Part shown: positions 49,528-60,488 of the stretch, piece by piece
Layout: each line of letters begins with the position of its first letter
Position numbering within the stretch: the stretch's first letter is position 1
Assembly (NCBI GenBank): GCA_040285855.1
Contig: JAUFOQ010000013.1
Location: forward strand, 682,001-746,000
Origin: Eukaryota sp. GEM-RC1
Taxonomy: Eukaryota
DNA length: 64,000 nucleotides
Direction of reading: 5' to 3'
The notes under the pieces: generated by a model
What the model was told of the DNA's origin: nothing
The model's database searches: none
What the model saw: the letters and a program-made list of their open reading frames with translations, nothing else
Translations under genes and position numbers: made by a program

Positions 49528-52317
49528 ACAAAATTAAGATGTTGTCCGAATTGAAGAATTATTTTTTTGATGAAGAAATTCAGCTTGTTTTAGACCGCCC
49601 TCCGATTAAAGTCGTAAAAAAAGGATTGGATAAGGTTTTCAGAGAATTGATTAAAATTTGTTCTAAACGAAATCAAAAAAGCAACTGTGAGGGGGAACCA
49701 CCTTCTTGAAGCATTTGCTTCTACGTGAATTTGAAGATTTTGGAAGAATCGAAGCTGAATCAATAGTCAAAGAAAGAGAATTGATGTTACTGCACGATGA
49801 CCCTTCGTTGTCCATGATTGGAAGTGATTCAGAGTCTTCTGAGAATTGTAATATCTGCTATAATTACAAAGACTTTTCGGTTCGCTTACCAGATTTGGAG
49901 TCCTTTTTGGCTCTTGGATCAATAAGGCACGTTCTCCGACGAATGTATGTGGAGAAAAAAAAGGCTTGCGGTATTTCCGACTTGAAAATGTCAAAAATAG
50001 AAGCAGAAGCAGTTTTACAAAATGAAAAATTTGATCATTCTTTGAAACAAAAAATCGCATTACACTACTGTAATAATTTTTATCCAATTCTTGACTCTCT
50101 GTCTCATGAAATTGGAAGTAACAACATTTCTTTTCCTAATTTGGAGTTTATGTCAGGCATTTATCATTATACAGCTAAACAAATTGAAACCAATTATGCT
50201 AACAATTTGGCGAAATACTTCCACAACTATGTCTTTCGCTACTTTAACATTGTTACGTTGAAGAACTATCGTCTTAAACAAATTAAAGAGCAACACTTAA
50301 AGAAGGAATTGAAATCAAAATTAAATTCCATCAGAGAACTGATTATTGATGGGAACTTTGAAGACATTCCAATTGATGATCATATTATTTTCCCCTTCCC
50401 GCAATCAGAATTGACTTTAATCTTTTTTGCATATTTGAAATTCTGTTTGTTCCCTACCAATGCCAAAGGCAAGAATCTTTACTACGCTCAGAAAGTCAAG
50501 CCAATACAATTTCTTTCTCATGCTGTTTATATCAACAGAATCATTCAGTCTTTTTGTTCAATTGATGGAAAACCCTTAAAGGTTAATAATCCGTTCCCAA
50601 TGACCAAGACGTTGGTCCCACAACATATTAGATTAGATACTGCTTGGATAAACCAAAGAGTTTTAAATTTGAAAGGTTCCGCTAACGTTATTCGAAAGGA
50701 AGTATTTGACTCTGTACTTACCGAAACTGCTATTACATCATCACGATCATTTGGTCTGAAGTATTCTTCGATTGTAACAGATGGCATTTCCTGTTCCTTG
50801 GTTATGATTCGAAAAGATTTGCTGGATGAAAACGGTAACACCTTTGAAGATTTTACCGCAAAACCACTAATATCTTCGGAAAGATATATTGACTCTTTAA
50901 CGTCGGAAGACATTGAAAAAATGAACCTGACAGAAAAGCGAATAATTGGCATTGACCCGAATGAATATGACTTGATGTTTTGCGTATCTCCAAAAACAAA
51001 TGAAGAGATATTATTTGAAGAATTTTCTTGTTCCGACAACAGTCCCACGAAAAAACGGCTACCTTCAGAAATGAGACTGAAACAGAAAGGTGGTATTAAA
51101 AAAAGAAAAAAACAATTGAACCAATGGAGACAAACCCCATCTCAACGAGTACGGCTGAAACCAAACCACTTTTTGGCCAGCTTCAGGTACAGTACTGGGG
51201 AGAGATCATATGACCGAAAAAGCAAGAAATATCGGTTGACTGAAAGAAGAAAACTAAAAACTTCCTTCTTTGAAATTACGAAAACAGAAACTGAAAGATC
51301 GCTCCAAGATTATACAGTCGAAAATTCTAATGGTAGAACTGTTTCTGGTCAAAAAATCCTCGACGAATTTGCTCTTACCGTCTCTAGAGGACAACAAAGG
51401 TTCTGTTTCAGTGATGAGTTCGAGACTTACATCAAAGAAGCTGAACGGAGTTGTGTATACCTGAGTGATTTCTATGACGACGATTGGTTTACGAAAAGGA
51501 AGTTTCAAATTTATTCCAACAATCAACAGAGTGAAAAGAATATGTTGGAAAGGTTTAAATTAACCTATGGATCTCCAGAAGACCTTGTCCTTGGTTACGG
51601 GGATTGGAGTTCTAAGGGAAACACAAGAAAAGGTAAAACTCCAGCTATTAGAGGAGCAGAAATCCGAAGAATTTTAAGAAAATTCGGGTATAAGGTATTT
51701 CTAGTTGACGAATACCGTACCAGCAAGTCCTGTTCAAAGTGTGCTGCTCAAGGACTATTTGGATTATGTACAAATGATCCATCTATCAAAGTTTTAGGCC
51801 CAAGAGGACTGCGTCAAATAAGACGGAAGAAGAAGAAACTCAAGGAAAAAGTACTGGTCTACAACAGTAAGGATCCACCGAAAAGAGAAGCTTTGAAGAC
51901 GAGTGGGAGAAGATAAAGAAGTCCGTAGAAGTAAAAGCTAAGTCAACACCATGGGGGCTGGTAAAATGCAAAATGTGCAAGACTTATTGGAATAGAGATC
52001 TCAACTCTTCGATCAATATCTATTCCATTATCGAAGCCGCCATCAAAGGTCAAGCTAGACCATCTATTCTCGAGAGATCAAAAACTTTAACAACTGATTT
52101 CGAGAGTGGTAATGTTACTTTGAAGAGAGATCGAAAAAAGACTGCAGCGAAAAAGACTCGTAAAGAAAGAGAGTGTGGAGAATGTGGACAAACAGGTCAC
52201 GACATACGAACATGTCCACAGCTAGATGAGTCAAACCAGGGTTCACCTAAAACTGGATCGAGAAAAGAAAAGGAGGAACCCCAACGAAGGCAGTCAAAAG
52301 AACAAGATCTCCCTTGA
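49521..52317 (+). CDS. Fanzor (eukaryotic TnpB-like RNA-guided RuvC endonuclease), split by frameshifts at ~49690 and ~51890, with C-terminal CCHC knuckle
   Basis: VPQHIRLDT, TDGISCSL, RuvC-I IIGIDPN (D at 50954), FRYS, GYGDWS, RuvC-II LVDEYRTSKSCSKC (E at 51710), CKMC-x3-WNRDLNSSINI RuvC-III (D at 51997), CGECGQTGHDIRTC. Confidence 0.88.
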
Positions 52318-52460
52318 AGAAATCAGTCCACCATAAACGGTCGGGCAGCGCTATGTGTATGAAGCTATCTCAGTCTCACCGTATCATCTCATAGCATAGC
52401 GTGTCTGTGATGCCTAAATGGATATGACCAAAGTGGGAGCAGGATTTACTTTGGGAGGAT
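52310..52460 (+). ncRNA. Candidate Fanzor omegaRNA scaffold
   Basis: Directly 3' of the Fanzor stop codon. Stems CGCTATG(52349-55)/CATAGCG(52395-401), extended by GGGCA/TGTCT and TATGA/TCATA, and CCAAAGT(52428-34)/ACTTTGG(52448-54). Confidence 0.55.
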
Positions 52461-52498
52461 TATCCTTGTGGAATGAACTTCACAGAAAGTCAATCTTG

Positions 52499-54690
52499 AT
52501 GTCTCTTCTCTTTTCTGCTGCTCCTGTTCATTCTCGTAATGGTGTAGACTCTGCATATCTCTTTGACCTTCATCTTTTAGCTTATTGCGCATCATCATAC
52601 GTTGTTCTAGCTAATGCAGCAAATTCTGAAGTCCTATGTGTCTTCGATTGTGCGTTATCTGCAGCAGATGTCTCCTTTGATGAACTGCTTATACCATCAG
52701 TAGATCACCACTTACATTCCGTCAAATTCATCATAAACGAACATTCAACACCTCTACCATATCTTGTTGTTGGATTTCCCGACAGCAGAGTTCTACTACT
52801 AAACATTGAGTCCACACAGTTCTCTTTCAACTTAGTTAAGTCCTCAGTATTCACTCTACCAGGAGAGAAATCCCCAATCTCTGTAACTTCACTGTGTTCA
52901 TCATCTCTTGACGTGTTTCTATTTGCTGCCACGTCTCTTACTTCCATTTTCCTGTTTGACTCAAACACTGAAGCAGTTTCATCTTGTTATACTTCTACAA
53001 GCGATCTCATTGAATCCTCCCTTCTATTCTATCCCTCTCCCACGTCATCTCCTCTTCTAGCCATCGGAATCACCTCTGGCGATGTCCTGATCTTTTCCAC
53101 TTCCTCTTTCTCTCTCCTCCACAGACTCAAAGGCCACGTCTCCTCTCCTTCTGTTCTTGCCTTCTACAACTCCTACCTTGCCACTGGTGGATCTGAAGGC
53201 TCCATCCGCGTCTACTCCTTCTCCAACTCCTCCTACCATGTTGACACCATCCTCTCCCCCTTCAAGAAACCTGTCGTTGGTCTCTCCTTCTTTCCTTCCT
53301 CTTCCCCAATGCTAACTGCCCTCTCAGTTGAGGGAACCCTTGCTCTATACAAACTCCACCCTCATCTCCCTTGGGAACTGGACCTTTTCCCTCCTTCTAA
53401 GGAAGAGGATCCTTCTCTATTGGTCTCAATGGCTATTACCAAGGGACTTCCCCTAAGAGTTTTCTCTGTGTTTAGAGAGGGGGGAATGAGCCATGTAGAG
53501 GTAGATGTTGAGTCAAAGATTGTAAAAGATTGCTTTTTCAATGGGGGTCATTTGGGTCCAGTGACTTCTCTTGACTGGTCACGTGATTATCCTATGTTGT
53601 TGAGTGGTGGAGCTGATCATTCTGTGAGATTGTGGGCAGTTACTAAGAATAGTAATAGGATGTTTGAATTTTCAAGACCTTTGATCCATGGTCACGTCAT
53701 CAAGAAAGTCTTTTTGATCCAATCACGCCCTTCAGAGTCGTGATTGCTTCTTGTGAGAACGCTGTTCGTGTACTAGATGCCACGTCAGCAGTTACGAAAC
53801 TTCTTGAAAACACGTGTGGGTTTGATATCCCCCGCCTACCCTGGGTAGACCTGAACGGAGTCCTGCAGCAGAACTCCAAGAGTTGGGTCTTTCTACTCAG
53901 TTATCCAGTAGAGATTTAAGTCACTTGACTTCTCTTGACCATCCGCCAGCCGAGCACCAGTTAATGTCTGATACTCTTTGGTTGGAAGTCTGTAGAATTC
54001 CTGGCAGAGCCACTGCTGATGTGGAGACGTGTTGTCTTGCCATATCGGGAGTCGTGATTGTGAGTCATGATGATGGTTATCTATCAGTTCATAAAGCTGG
54101 AGTTCAATCAGCAGAGGGTGAGGATCGGTATCATCTCCTTGGGGAAGGTTTCGCTGGACTTAAGAAGACTGATATCGTGATTGGATTACACGTCATCAAT
54201 CAGACTTGTATGGCAGTCACGAATACTCTCAAGGTTTTTATTTTTGATTTAAACAAGTTGGATGGGTTTTCAACTGATATTACTGGTGATTGTTCGGTCA
54301 AAATTGATTTTAAAGAGATTTCGGTTGATTTCGGAAATAGTCTAGACTTTTCCCCTTGCTGTGGATCTATTGGTGACGTGTTTTTGATTGGTTTGGGCAC
54401 TCACTTACTATTTTTGGAGGAATCAGGACGTGTTTTGAGCCGAGACCGAGTTGATCAAGTTATCTCTACAATCTGTTCGATTGATGATATGATTGTGATT
54501 GGTTGCTCCTCCGGTGACGTCATGTTTGGCAAGTATCACGATGGATTTCAATTAATTCGGTCTGTCAAGATCTGTTTTACTTTAATTACTTCTATTTCCT
54601 GTAAATGGAATAATGATTCCTTCTTTTGACCGTCAGTTCATCAAATGGATTGGTGTATGGGCTCAATTGTGATTGGAATCTGAAAGAAGT
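52499..54690 (+). CDS. ELP2: Elongator complex protein 2-like WD40 protein (frameshifts ~53710, ~53840, ~54625)
   Basis: GGHLGPVTSLDWS..LLSGGADHSVRLW, FEFSRPLIHGH, LGLS, PPAEHQLMSDTLWLE match ELP2 motifs (EIARPQIHG, PP.E..L...TLWPE). Confidence 0.75.
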
Positions 54691-55774
54691 AAAGTCGATC
54701 CCTTTGAATTTTTTGTAAATTTTTAGTTCAGATCCAAATTCACCATTACTAACTTATTTAACTTAGTTTTTCTTCAGTCTTTTTATCATGTCAAAGTGTC
54801 TCTTTTTCAACCAATAGACATGGAGAATCAAGCTAATAAGTAGGATAGCTCGATGTTATAGTTTAGCATTTTGTCCAATAAATTCTGGATGATCATCACT
54901 TAAAATGAACTTTTGTTTAACATTACTGTGAGCTACAACTTACAGCTTCAGTTCTTGTACGACAAGACAACGCCGATCCATTACGTATACTTACGTTCTT
55001 TTCGACTAGTGAAACGATATTATAACAATCACAAATATCGTTTGATCCTTTTACTACGTTGGGTAAATTATATAATTAATTGTAAACTAAAGTAGTTTAT
55101 TTGACTTTAGCTATGAAGTCACTAACTAGTAAACATCAAGAAATTATAATATGATCTTTTTTAAAGTTTTTTGTCATACATTTCCGTATAAACTAACTTT
55201 TACCTTTTCAATGTGATACCAACTTTATTCGGTATTCAAAAAGGTGACCTTCCTACATGAATACGAATTTGCAAAAAAAAACAAATAAAAACTGCTAAGA
55301 CTAAATCCAACCGACTTCATCCATATCAGGTAAAAGATTACATTAACCTTCACACCAAACTTGCCCAGTTTTTCCACTAATCGAGAGAAATAGAACAATA
55401 TACGATTTTCTATATTAACTACAGTAGTACATCTGATGACACGGTCGAGCGTAATCCAGAACTGAAGAAATATTTGGAATGGTGTACTATTGCAGTCCTT
55501 GCAGGAGGTTAGGAATATTAAAATTCTGGTACGCAAAAAAGTTGAAGCAGCAGACATTAGAAAATTCTTATTATGAACGCTTCAATGATTTCATATACCA
55601 TTTTAATGCAATTCCAATATTCTTAGAATAGCTAAATGCTGTTTTTTACATCATTGGTCGGAGTTTTTCTAAAATGAATGACATAAGTAAATCAATGCAT
55701 CCCAAGCCTTTGCAATATATTGGTACAGAGAACCTTGGGCAATAAATTAAAATATGAATAGAGCTGTCGCAGTA

Positions 55775-56660
55775 TCGAAACACTTTTTACTGTGTTGTAA
55801 CCTTCATGGCGGTTAGTTGGTTCAGAAATCTATTAAATATTCAATTTTCAGCACTTTTACAATACAACAAACATGTTATGATACGATTACTACTGTAGTT
55901 GTTCAGGAACACACAATTTCAAATAGTGTTTTCAACCTCAAAGGTCAAAGTGATTGAATCAGTTTGAAAACTTCTTAGGACCTTTAATGCATCTAAAGGA
56001 GTTAGAGTTATCGATAACATTCAAAAAGCAGTAAAAGTGTATATTATACAATTGAATTTTCATCTAACAACTTGGCCAAAATGTAATAAACGTATCTATA
56101 AATTGACTTAAGAAGTAGAAAAGTTAATATAATCCTATTTATACATGTTACACTTTTAAGCAAATTTTGAACTCAGTTTTCCAAAGCAATTCAGAAACTC
56201 TTTAGTGTAACTGCTACAATGATAAAAAAGATAAAAAATACTTTGAGAAGACAACACTCCTACGGTGGATATCTAGAAGTTTTTGTATATCTGAAAATGA
56301 CAACATCGGCAAATTGGAGGAATCTTGCAAATGCAAATTCTTTAGTGTGAAGTAAAGTGTACAAGTGACTTCAGTTGGAGTGAAGTTACACATCACCAGA
56401 AATGACTAAATAGGTTTAAGATAGGGTGGTAAGTTGAAACATCATTATAGAACTTGGCAATAGGACAAACATATACAGAAGAATTTCAGAGGTTTATTGT
56501 ATGAAAATAAACTTTCTAAATATGATACAAAATTTCAATAAGAATACATACGGAAGATGATGATGGACGAAGAAAACGTCATCAATTGTTACGTGGTGAG
56601 TTAACAAAAGAGAATTAGCACTTGATCCGATTATTTGAGATTCTTTCGATGAGTTGTTTA
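55775..56660. repeat. 3'-flank duplication shared with the kinase-LRR gene (homologous to ~10490-10675 and ~12966-13630)
   Basis: Colinear sequence such as GACCTTTAATG.ATCTAAAGGAGTTAGA and CAACTTGGCCAAAATGTAATAAACGTATCTAT in both places. Confidence 0.85.
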
Positions 56661-59600
56661 GTCTCAGAGTCAATAGAGTTAAACCGAAGTTTAATCTCAG
56701 TAACAGTGGAATTGACCTTCAAAGCATCAGCCAATGCAATGGCACCTTCAGTACCAATAGAGTTAAACCCAAGAGGAATCCGAATAACAGTGCAATTGAC
56801 CTTCAAAGCATCAGCCAATGCAATGGCACCTTCATTCCCAATAGAGTTTTCCCAAAGAGAAATCCGAATAACAGTGCAATTGACCTTCAAAGCATCAGCC
56901 AATGCAATGGCACCTTCATTCCCAATAGAGTTTTCCCGAAGACCAATCTCAGTAACAGAGGAATTCACCTTCAAAGCATCAGCCAATGCAATAGCACCTT
57001 TAGTACCAATAGAGTTTTCCCCAAGATAAAGCTGAGTAACAGTGGAATTCACCTTCAAAGCTTCAGCCAATGCAATGGTACCTTCAGCACCAATAAAGTT
57101 TTCCCAAAGATTAATCCGAGTAACAGTGGAATTGACCTTCAAAGCTTCAGCCAATGCAATGGCACCTTGAGTACCAATAGAGTTTTCCCGAAGACCAATC
57201 TCAGTAACAGAGGAATTCACCTTCAAAGCATCAGCCAATGCAATGGCACCTTGAGTACCAATAGAGTTTTCCCGAAGACCAATCTCAGTAACAGAGGAAT
57301 TCACCTTCAAAGCATCAGCCAATGCAATAGCACCTTTAGTACCAATAGAGTTTTCCCCAAGCTCAATCTTAGTAACAGTGGAATTCACCTTCAAAGCTTC
57401 AGCCAATGCTATGGCACCTTCAGTACGAATAGAGTTAAACGCAAGATCAATCATAGTAACAGTGGAATTCACCTTCAAAGCATCAGCCAATGCAATGGCA
57501 CCTTCAGTACCAATAGAGTCCCTTTTAAGACCAATCTGAGTAACAGTGGAATTCACCTTCAAAGCATCAGCCAATGCAATGGCACCTTCAGTACCAATAG
57601 AGTTACTACCAAGATCAATCCGAGTAACAGTAGAATTGACCTTCAAAGCATCAGCCAATGCAATGGCACCTTCAGTACCAATAGAGTTAACAACAAGATT
57701 AATCTGAGTAACAGTGGAATTCACCTTCAAAGCTTCAGCCAATGCAATGGCACCTTCAGTACCAATAGAGTTAACAACAAGATTAATCTGAGTAACAGTG
57801 GAATTCACCTTCAAAGCTTCAGCCAATGCAATGGCACCTTGAGTACCAATAGAGTTACTATCAAGCTCAATCTTAGTAACAGTGGAATTCACCTTCAAAG
57901 CTTCAGCCAATGCTATGGCACCTTCAGTACCAATAGAGTTACTACCAAGATCAATCCGAGTAACAGTAGAATTGACCTTCAAAGCATCAGCCAATGCAAT
58001 GGCACCTTCAGTACCAATAGAGTTAAACGCAAGATCAATCATAGTAACAGTGGAATTCACCTTCAAAGCATCAGCCAATGCAATGGCACCTTCAGTACCA
58101 ATAGAGTCCCTTTTAAGACCAATCTGAGTAACAGTAGAATTGACCTTCAAAGCATCAGCCAATGCAATGGCACCTTCAGTACCAATAGAGTTACTACCAA
58201 GATCAATCCGAGTAACAGTAGAATTGACCTTCAAAGCATCAGCCAATGCAATGGCACCTTCAGTACCAATAGAGTTAACAACAAGATTAATCTGAGTAAC
58301 AGTGGAATTCACCTTCAAAGCTTCAGCCAATGCAATGGCACCTTCATTACCAATAGAGTTTTCCTGAAGATCAAGCTCAGTAACAGACCCATTCCTCATT
58401 TCTTCCAAAACCTGCCTCAATTCAGGTTTTAACTTACTCAAATGTATATTTTTTAATTGTAAAACTTCAGACTTAAGACTTTCAATATCCTCTCTTAAAA
58501 AACGATTGTCAGTTTCCAAATTTGAAATTTGTTGGTTGAAGTTCTTAACTTCATCGGGGAAGTTCATATTTGCTCCCACCAGTTCAACTCTCAACTTTGC
58601 CACGTCAGCAGCGAGTGTGGCAGTCGATGATTGGATTTGAAGAGGGACCATTCGGAGTAAGAATCTGTTAAGTAAAGGCTCAATATCCACGTCATCAAGT
58701 AAATCAGACAAAGTCTCAGAAATGACGTTTGCAGTCTCTAAAGTACATGTGATGGATTTCAAACAGCTGCTAAACTGTGACTTTGTCCAATCAGATTTTA
58801 AATTTTGCCAGGAATTGCGTAAACATTTAGCAAGGAAAACAGAATCAACGTTAAAAGAAGAAAGAATTTCAAATAGATCTGGAGTTACTTTGATTCCATT
58901 ATCAGTAGATTTGATTGATCTGAGACGTTGTCCATGTTTTTTAACAAACATGAGATCATTTAAAGTACTTGCTTGTTCAATAAATCCTACATCAAAGTTA
59001 ACTTCTATAAAGTCATTTCCAGCAATAACTACTGACTCTACTTGAAAATAGGATCCTAAATAGGTCAACTCAAAAGCATTTTCAGTAGTCAATTTGATTT
59101 TACTTCCACTCAAAAACTCAAAAAAGCTTTGAAAACTTTCTCTTGGCACCTTCAGCATATCATCAAAGCTAAGTTCTTGTTCATTTGAATCAGCCCATTG
59201 ACTAGTCCAAAGGTTAGCAAAGTACTTAGAATAACAACATAAGTGAAGCCTATTTGTTTTAGCAATATAGTCTTTATACTTCAGTTGCACTTCATGAGGA
59301 GTTTCCCTCTTCAACTTTTCTAGAATAGTTGATCCTTGGAGAGAGAAGACTTTGTTACTAGACTGTAGTCCCTTTAGTTGAAGGTTGGTGCAGTGGGAGA
59401 TCAAAGGAGTGTACTTTAAGAGTTTTGCGATCACATGAATGTCAAAGAGATTGGTTTCGTTGATGTCTAAAGGAAAGCCGTACATGGACAACATAATGGC
59501 TTCAAAGATCGAGGGATCTTCAACCATTCCCGAAGAGTTGATTTCAACATGATCTTGGCGATCTAGTTTTTCAAGGTATTTGGAAAAGAGAATGACAATG

Positions 59601-59722
59601 GAGAAGTGGCAGTGGAACTCGAAGTCCTCGAACTCAATAACACAGTCAGTGAGATGATTGTTGGATCGGAGATATTGTAGCTGTTCGATGGCTTCCTTGG
59701 CAAAGTCAGATATGGAGAGCAT
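56615..59722 (-). CDS. BTB-BTB - coiled coil - RI-like LRR protein (about 21 LRRs)
   Basis: Intact 1035-aa ORF. LTDCVIEF..FHCHFSIV..FSKYL and LCCYSKYFANLW BTB motifs; 28-aa repeats NSTVTxIxLxxNSIGTEGAIALADALKV. Confidence 0.92.
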   Translation of the reverse strand: MLSISDFAKEAIEQLQYLRSNNHLTDCVIEFEDFEFHCHFSIVILFSKYLEKLDRQDHVEINSSGMVEDPSIFEAIMLSMYGFPLDINETNLFDIHVIAKLLKYTPLISHCTNLQLKGLQSSNKVFSLQGSTILEKLKRETPHEVQLKYKDYIAKTNRLHLCCYSKYFANLWTSQWADSNEQELSFDDMLKVPRESFQSFFEFLSGSKIKLTTENAFELTYLGSYFQVESVVIAGNDFIEVNFDVGFIEQASTLNDLMFVKKHGQRLRSIKSTDNGIKVTPDLFEILSSFNVDSVFLAKCLRNSWQNLKSDWTKSQFSSCLKSITCTLETANVISETLSDLLDDVDIEPLLNRFLLRMVPLQIQSSTATLAADVAKLRVELVGANMNFPDEVKNFNQQISNLETDNRFLREDIESLKSEVLQLKNIHLSKLKPELRQVLEEMRNGSVTELDLQENSIGNEGAIALAEALKVNSTVTQINLVVNSIGTEGAIALADALKVNSTVTRIDLGSNSIGTEGAIALADALKVNSTVTQIGLKRDSIGTEGAIALADALKVNSTVTMIDLAFNSIGTEGAIALADALKVNSTVTRIDLGSNSIGTEGAIALAEALKVNSTVTKIELDSNSIGTQGAIALAEALKVNSTVTQINLVVNSIGTEGAIALAEALKVNSTVTQINLVVNSIGTEGAIALADALKVNSTVTRIDLGSNSIGTEGAIALADALKVNSTVTQIGLKRDSIGTEGAIALADALKVNSTVTMIDLAFNSIRTEGAIALAEALKVNSTVTKIELGENSIGTKGAIALADALKVNSSVTEIGLRENSIGTQGAIALADALKVNSSVTEIGLRENSIGTQGAIALAEALKVNSTVTRINLWENFIGAEGTIALAEALKVNSTVTQLYLGENSIGTKGAIALADALKVNSSVTEIGLRENSIGNEGAIALADALKVNCTVIRISLWENSIGNEGAIALADALKVNCTVIRIPLGFNSIGTEGAIALADALKVNSTVTEIKLRFNSIDSETKQLIERISNNRIKC
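56670..58395 (-). repeat. 84-bp tandem repeat array encoding the LRRs
   Basis: Unit ..ACCTTCAAAGC(A/T)TCAGCCAATGCAATGGCACCTTCAGTACCAATAGAG.. repeated about 21 times. Confidence 0.95.
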
Positions 59723-59904
59723 TTGGGGGAGATTTCATACAACTTTGACTTTGTAATTATGCTCTCTCGAAGACATATCATACGTTTTCTTGTTTCTTTT
59801 AAAAACTTCACAGCATTACATCTCTGTTTTGTGATATGAGATATCAAATCACAATCATCACGATAACAAAAGTGAACTGATATGAAAAATTATGCTGTTG
59901 TGGC

Positions 59905-60488
59905 CGTGTAATGCAAATGTTCCGTACTGATGTGATTTTAGTCGTATCGTACCGTCTGTACTTTTAACTTACTAAGATATATTATTACTATTTTGAACAT
60001 GATGATCCAATGTGAGATTTTACAAGTTACCATCGACATAAATTCTACCGTTAAACATTGGTCAGGATGTGAATATAGTGATTGACACTCTGAGTCATAT
60101 TTAGGGTACGTCATTTGCTGACCACAACTTCAAAATGACATTTCTACGTACGAAGCTCAGCAATCGTTCGACATCAACAATAACAGTACCGTCTTCGAAT
60201 CACAATGTGTTTATTGACTGCACACGACGTAATACAACAATGATAAAGGGCCCAAAAACCCACAGATTGGATTTCTAAACGTTCAGAAGATGCAGAAGCA
60301 ATTTGCACTAGTACTGTGTTTGAATAGTTAATGAACCTCCACTTAAAAACCAGTCTTTGTAAATCCATTTAGATTATTCATAAATAGACTCTATATAAAC
60401 TCAAATGACATCGGTACGGATAAAATTTGTAAGTACGTACCGATCCGTTCCGATCCGTACTGTACGTATCAAAGACTTGCGCACATTG
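59905..60488. mobile_element. MITE-like element, copy of the 27162..28588 family without the nested hAT
   Basis: Colinear with 27165-27250 plus 28225-28588; GTAC-rich ends. Confidence 0.6.

Noticed and set aside
116..54690. Frequent frameshifts in conserved genes (CK1, SPFH, ELP2, tRNA sulfurtransferase, kinases) as programmed frameshifting, RNA editing or mass pseudogenisation
   Set aside because: The breaks mostly fall in homopolymer runs, go in both directions and share no slippery motif. Long-read indel error is the simpler explanation; short-read polishing would settle it.
56670..58395. 84-bp repeat with variable inserts resembling a CRISPR array
   Set aside because: Units are an exact multiple of 3 inside an intact ORF and encode LRRs. 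The variable part is under 20 nt and there are no cas genes.
56654..58432. 592-aa plus-strand ORF, and similar antisense ORFs at 13623 and 26300
   Set aside because: Antisense shadows of the LRR repeat, which happens to lack stops in that frame.
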